Below the pieces are notes generated by a model that saw only the letters and a program-made list of their open reading frames with translations, did not search any database and was not told the origin of the DNA. From Paraspadella gotoi (taxonomy: Eukaryota; Animalia; Chaetognatha), in assembly GCA_051294375.1 (NCBI GenBank), contig JBJCIZ010000195.1:1-11986 (forward strand): a DNA stretch of 11,986 nucleotides, in the 5' to 3' direction. The position numbers and the translations under genes are program-made. Below are positions 8,525-11,986 of the stretch, one piece after another (position 1 is the first letter of the stretch; each line of letters opens with the position of its first letter).

Positions 8525-10554
8525 AAATGGAAAGAATGAAAAAATCAACCGAGAAGAGTTTTGGGACGATCTCACCAATCCCATGTGGTACCAGTACCCC
8601 CGTCTATCATGTAATCATCATCCGACCTCCTGATATCACGATTTTATTCCAAGCCTCATCATTCCGCACCGTCTGGACTGCGCAGATGCTCTGAATATCT
8701 AATCGTTCGCCTCCCCCGATCCGATAACTGCTGTAGAGAACTGCGCCGCGCGGGCTCCACTGCGGCGGGGGCTGGTTCCGCTGGCAAAGGGAAGGCCGCA
8801 TCACGCGTAGCAGCCTGTACGCTTTCCGGGTCTCCTCGTCGCGAGTCGCTAGAACCATCCATCGCTACCAGCATCCCGACGAGGGGTCCCTCCGCTCTAC
8901 GTTGGGAGGCGAACGGCGGGAAACGGAGTCTAACGCCCCCAGATCCCAAGCCGCCATCTCCCTCCAAGAGGGCGTGGGGGGTGAAGGTAAAAGGCGCGGA
9001 GCGACCCGTCGGAAGGCGTCGAAGAGAGCGACAATCCCTGCGCGACGTACGAGAATTGGTCGTAGAATGCGACAGCTCGAGACATTAAGAGGGACACCAA
9101 GATTCGTTCCGACGATAAGCGACTCACAGGGACGTTAAAAAGTAAACGAGATTCGTTGACGGAAGAGGAGCTGGAGTTGAGTCCTGGCGCGCGTCAGAGG
9201 CGTGGGCTCTGCGCTCGAGCGGAAAAGTTGTTATGGACGCCGCATTAACGGTGGACTCCTCACCGTCGGTCTCCTCGCTGTAGCGTTCAGCTTAATTGAC
9301 CTCTCGCTGTCTCCTTCGTAATGGGATTGGTCGTGGATAGGGTGGCACAAATGCCCGGCGGCGAGAGTACGGGTTGATTGCGATTGACGGGGCGCAGACT
9401 TATCCTGTCCTACTTTTTGCTGATATAGGGTTTCACTGTAGTGGCTTAACGTTATTGTATAAGTAACCGTTTTAATTTCAAAAGTTTTTTATAACGGTGC
9501 GCGCGGTGAAGAGAAGAGGCTGAGTTAATAGTCTCAGCTCACTTAGCGTGTCAAAGGAAAGGCGACGAAAAGGTGTTACGTGAACAAAGATAAGCCGCGA
9601 ATGACGTCAAGAAGAGAAAAGGAATTGATTATTAGGACACTTCACACAAAATTAATAATATATTAAGCTATATTTATTATAATCAAGAATAAATTATCTT
9701 TAAAATTAAATATTATTGAATTTGATATTATTACTAGAGTATTTGAAATTAGAAGGGAAAGTTATGACATTTTCTATCAACACAACTAAACGCAGTCACA
9801 CCAAGAAACTTTTGTATCCTCGATCCCGTGATCTAGGACATCCTGGTCTAACCACAACACACCATGGTTCACCTACTACATTGGGCACAAGGAAGATAAT
9901 CTAGGAGGACAAGCGGCATGTGAGCAGGCCGGTTTTCAAGCACCCACCGTTAAAAGGGTCGCTTGAGCCCTAGTGTGCGCCAGGCCGCGAACATGTCGAG
10001 GGAAGGCGTCGGCTAACGACGCCACCACTCAGACGCACCGAGCGGCTGCTCACGAATCACACTCCCCTTCGGGCTAGAGAGACGCGCCGTTCGTGGAAAT
10101 CTGCGACTCCACCGGTGCTTGAGAACACACCTGCGACGTGCGGCGGCTACAAGAAACCGCGAAAACGGACACGAGTGTCGCTAAGAACACAATCGAGGGC
10201 AAGGACACTCCGAAAAAACAAAGATCGGCGCGGGGCGACTAGGAACACCACATGTGAGCTAAAAATAACGTAAACCGACCCGGATCTTAAATAGAAGAAA
10301 TCAGCAAGAATAAATGAAACCTAGAGGACTAAGTAAGAAGCACGCGAGAAATAATATAATTAGGCAAGAACACAAATAAATAATGGTTCAAAGGTGTTCG
10401 GGAAATTTCGGCCACTGATTCGGAAAATGATCACCAGGCAAGAGATAAACAAACATCAGGAAAAAAAAATTTTATATAAAATAGAACACTATTGCCAAAA
10501 ATAATGGAAAATCGTTGGAGCGCCTTTTACCAATAGACTGTTTCCGGGAAAAAA
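8525..10554. repeat. Direct repeat copy 1: insertion-inflated copy of 10722-11986
   Basis: Exact colinear anchors: gattcgttgacggaagaggagc 9150/11114, gtgtcaaaggaaaggcgacgaaaa 9548/11335, gttcgtggaaatctgcgactc 10089/11648, tttccgggaaaaaa ending 10554/11986. Confidence 0.95.
8577..10140 (-). pseudogene. Unreadable duplicate of exons 10767-11327 and 11593-11677 (degenerate copy or sequencing artefact)
   Basis: Homologous to the clean exons, but the reading frame is destroyed by dense insertions. Confidence 0.5.
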
Positions 10555-10639
10555 GTAAAAGTATAATTTTACGCAAATAGAAAAAGAGAAATATTTTAAG
10601 CAATGTGTCGGCGAATGGGATTTTAAATACAGGGCAAAC

Positions 10640-10695
10640 TTGATCAAGTGACGGAGAGTTTTTTCTCAGGCAGATCGGGGAAAAAACACCGCCAC
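10640..10695 (-). CDS. 56-nt exon A (GGGVFSPICLRKNSPSLDQ)
   Basis: Pyrimidine tract plus gaag acceptor (AG 10697-10696). In frame with the phase-1 donor GTGAG at 10766. Weak donor GTTTG at 10639. Confidence 0.5.
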
Positions 10696-10766
10696 CTTCA
10701 CCCGATCGGGAAAGGGAAAGGAAATGGGAAAAAAAAATCAACCGAGAAAGAGTTTGACGATCTCAC

Positions 10767-11327
10767 CATCGACGTCGTCATCATCATCATCATCGACTCC
10801 TATAAATTCGCCGACGTTGGGATCGAGGTCGAAATACGTTCGCCCCGCCGTCGCTGCAGAGAAGCGGCGCGGCTGCGGCGGGGGCGTTGCAAGGGAACGC
10901 AGCGTCGCGTCGGTCTCCTCGTCCGAGTCCGCGAGGGGTTCGTCGTTGAGGCGAACGGCGGGAACGGAGTAACGCTTCAGAGGGCGTGGGGGTGAGGTAA
11001 AAGGCGCGGCGACGTCGGAGGCGTCGAAGAGAGCGAAATCCGGCGAAGAATTGTCGTAGATGGCAGCGACATTAGAGGACAAAGATTCGTCGACGCTCGG
11101 GACGTAAAAGATGGATTCGTTGACGGAAGAGGAGCGGGTAGCGGCGCCGGAAGCGGGGCTGCTGACAGATTGGGGCGTCATTATGGTGGACTCCTCACTG
11201 TCGTCCTCGCTGTAGGCGCTATTCTCGGTCTCCTCGTAAATGGGATTGGTGTAGGGCAGCCCGGCGAAGGTGCGGGGCCGAGACTCTGTCTCTTTGCGGT
11301 TCGGGCGCCGACCTTTGCGGCGAACGC
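10767..11327 (-). CDS. 561-nt intact exon C: disordered Ser/Pro/acidic region with Tyr motifs
   Basis: Long pyrimidine tract plus taag (AG 11329-11328), donor GTGAG (10766). Fully open: VRRKGRRPNRKETESRPRTFAGLPYTNPIYEETENSAYSEDDSEESTIMTPQ...GVDDDDDDDVD. It extends the 147-aa ORF upstream of its Met. Confidence 0.85.
10778..10794. repeat. (TCA)5 microsatellite coding poly-Asp
   Basis: tca x5 plus tc seen directly; GAT codons on the minus strand. Confidence 0.85.
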
Positions 11328-11592
11328 CTTAGCGGTGTCAAAGGAAAGGCGACGAAAAAGGCAAATAGGCGAAGACGAGAGAAAAGGAATGTTTGAACAA
11401 AAATATAGCATATTTAACAAGAATAATTATCTTTAAATAAATGAATTGAACGAGTGATAGAGGGAGTTGACATTCACACCCAAAAAGAAACTTTTCCGAC
11501 TTCATTTCACCAAAAACAGTTGTCACCTTCATGCAAGAAAAAACTGGAGGCAAGATGTGAGACGGGGTTTCAAGGCAAGAGGATCGCCTTAC

Positions 11593-11677
11593 TTGCGCGC
11601 GAATTAAAGGCGTCGGCGCCACCGCTCGAACTCATGTTCTGAGGCGCGTTCGTGGAAATCTGCGACTCGACACTCGA
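11593..11677 (-). CDS. 85-nt intact exon B (SSVESQISTNAPQNMSSSGGADAFNSRA)
   Basis: Acceptor cttttgacag (AG 11679-11678), donor GTAAG (11592). The phase-1 end A joins GC of exon C to give AGC (Ser), in frame. Confidence 0.8.
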
Positions 11678-11986
11678 CTGTCAAAAGCGAAAACGGAATT
11701 CGAAATCGAAACTCGAAAAACAGATGGCGGCGAGACAATGAAAAATACTGACATTATGAAGAATAGCAGAAAATGAAAATAAAACGTTGGCGAAAATAAT
11801 ATATTAGGGCAAAGAACACAAATAAATAAATGGTCCAAAGGTCGTTCGGAATTTCGGGCCACGATCGGAAAACTGATCACCAGGCAAGAGATAAACAAAA
11901 CATCAGGAAAAAAATTATAGAACACTAATTGCAAAATAATGGAAAATCGTTGAGCGCCTTTTACCATAGACGTTTCCGGGAAAAAA

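Larger units (their letters stand above)
10722..11986. repeat. Direct repeat copy 2 (clean copy, continues past the window end)
   Basis: Same anchors as copy 1. The offset at the window end is 1432 nt. Confidence 0.95.

Noticed and set aside
9519-9538. Small hairpin gctgag-N8-ctcagc inside an AT-rich insert unique to copy 1 (possible MITE or terminator)
   Set aside because: The stem is only 6 bp, there is no target-site duplication, and it lies in the noisiest sequence.
8525-10350. Insertion-laden copy as an RNA-editing cryptogene or scrambled/IES-containing germline gene
   Set aside because: The inserts involve all four bases, affect introns equally, lack consistent boundary motifs and fade gradually.
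10738-11181. 147-aa ORF as a stand-alone gene
   Set aside because: The frame is open upstream to an acceptor at 11328, and a GTGAG donor at 10766 precedes the stop. It is an internal exon.
11227-11330. NPxY after a basic stretch as the cytoplasmic tail of a single-pass receptor
   Set aside because: The in-frame upstream exon B is polar with no transmembrane segment, and none is supported in the window.
10648-11436. Plus-strand ORFs of 115, 82 and 88 aa, one with a hydrophobic signal-like start
   Set aside because: They are antisense shadows of the GC-rich minus-strand exon C, which has proper splice sites and phase continuity.
1-11986. Prokaryotic or phage systems, CRISPR arrays, tRNA/rRNA, transposase or reverse transcriptase
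   Set aside because: No regularly spaced short repeats, operon-like ORFs or recognisable motifs were seen. The structure is spliceosomal exon-intron.

Overview
Eukaryotic, probably animal, genomic DNA with CpG-rich exons and short T-rich GT-AG introns, all oriented on the minus strand. Most ORF-track entries are fragments or shadows. Reading across frameshifts, I reconstruct what may be one large intron-rich minus-strand gene. In transcript order it encodes an N-terminal disordered region rich in Tyr motifs (clean exons 11593-11677, 10767-11327, 10640-10695), a basic/charged linker (6836-7482), a beta-rich region resembling CABIT (THEMIS/GAREM-type) domains (~4549-6759), a Ser/Pro-rich region with PVPPRP (~2969-4190), and a C-terminal DH (RhoGEF) plus PH tandem (~170-1675). 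Positions ~1-10350 carry many small indels. Positions 8525-10554 are an insertion-inflated direct copy of 10722-11986, which most resembles unpolished long-read sequence or a false duplication, although a decaying real duplicate is not excluded. Domain calls are by-eye motif recognition, not database hits. No RNA genes, CRISPR arrays or recognisable mobile elements were seen.
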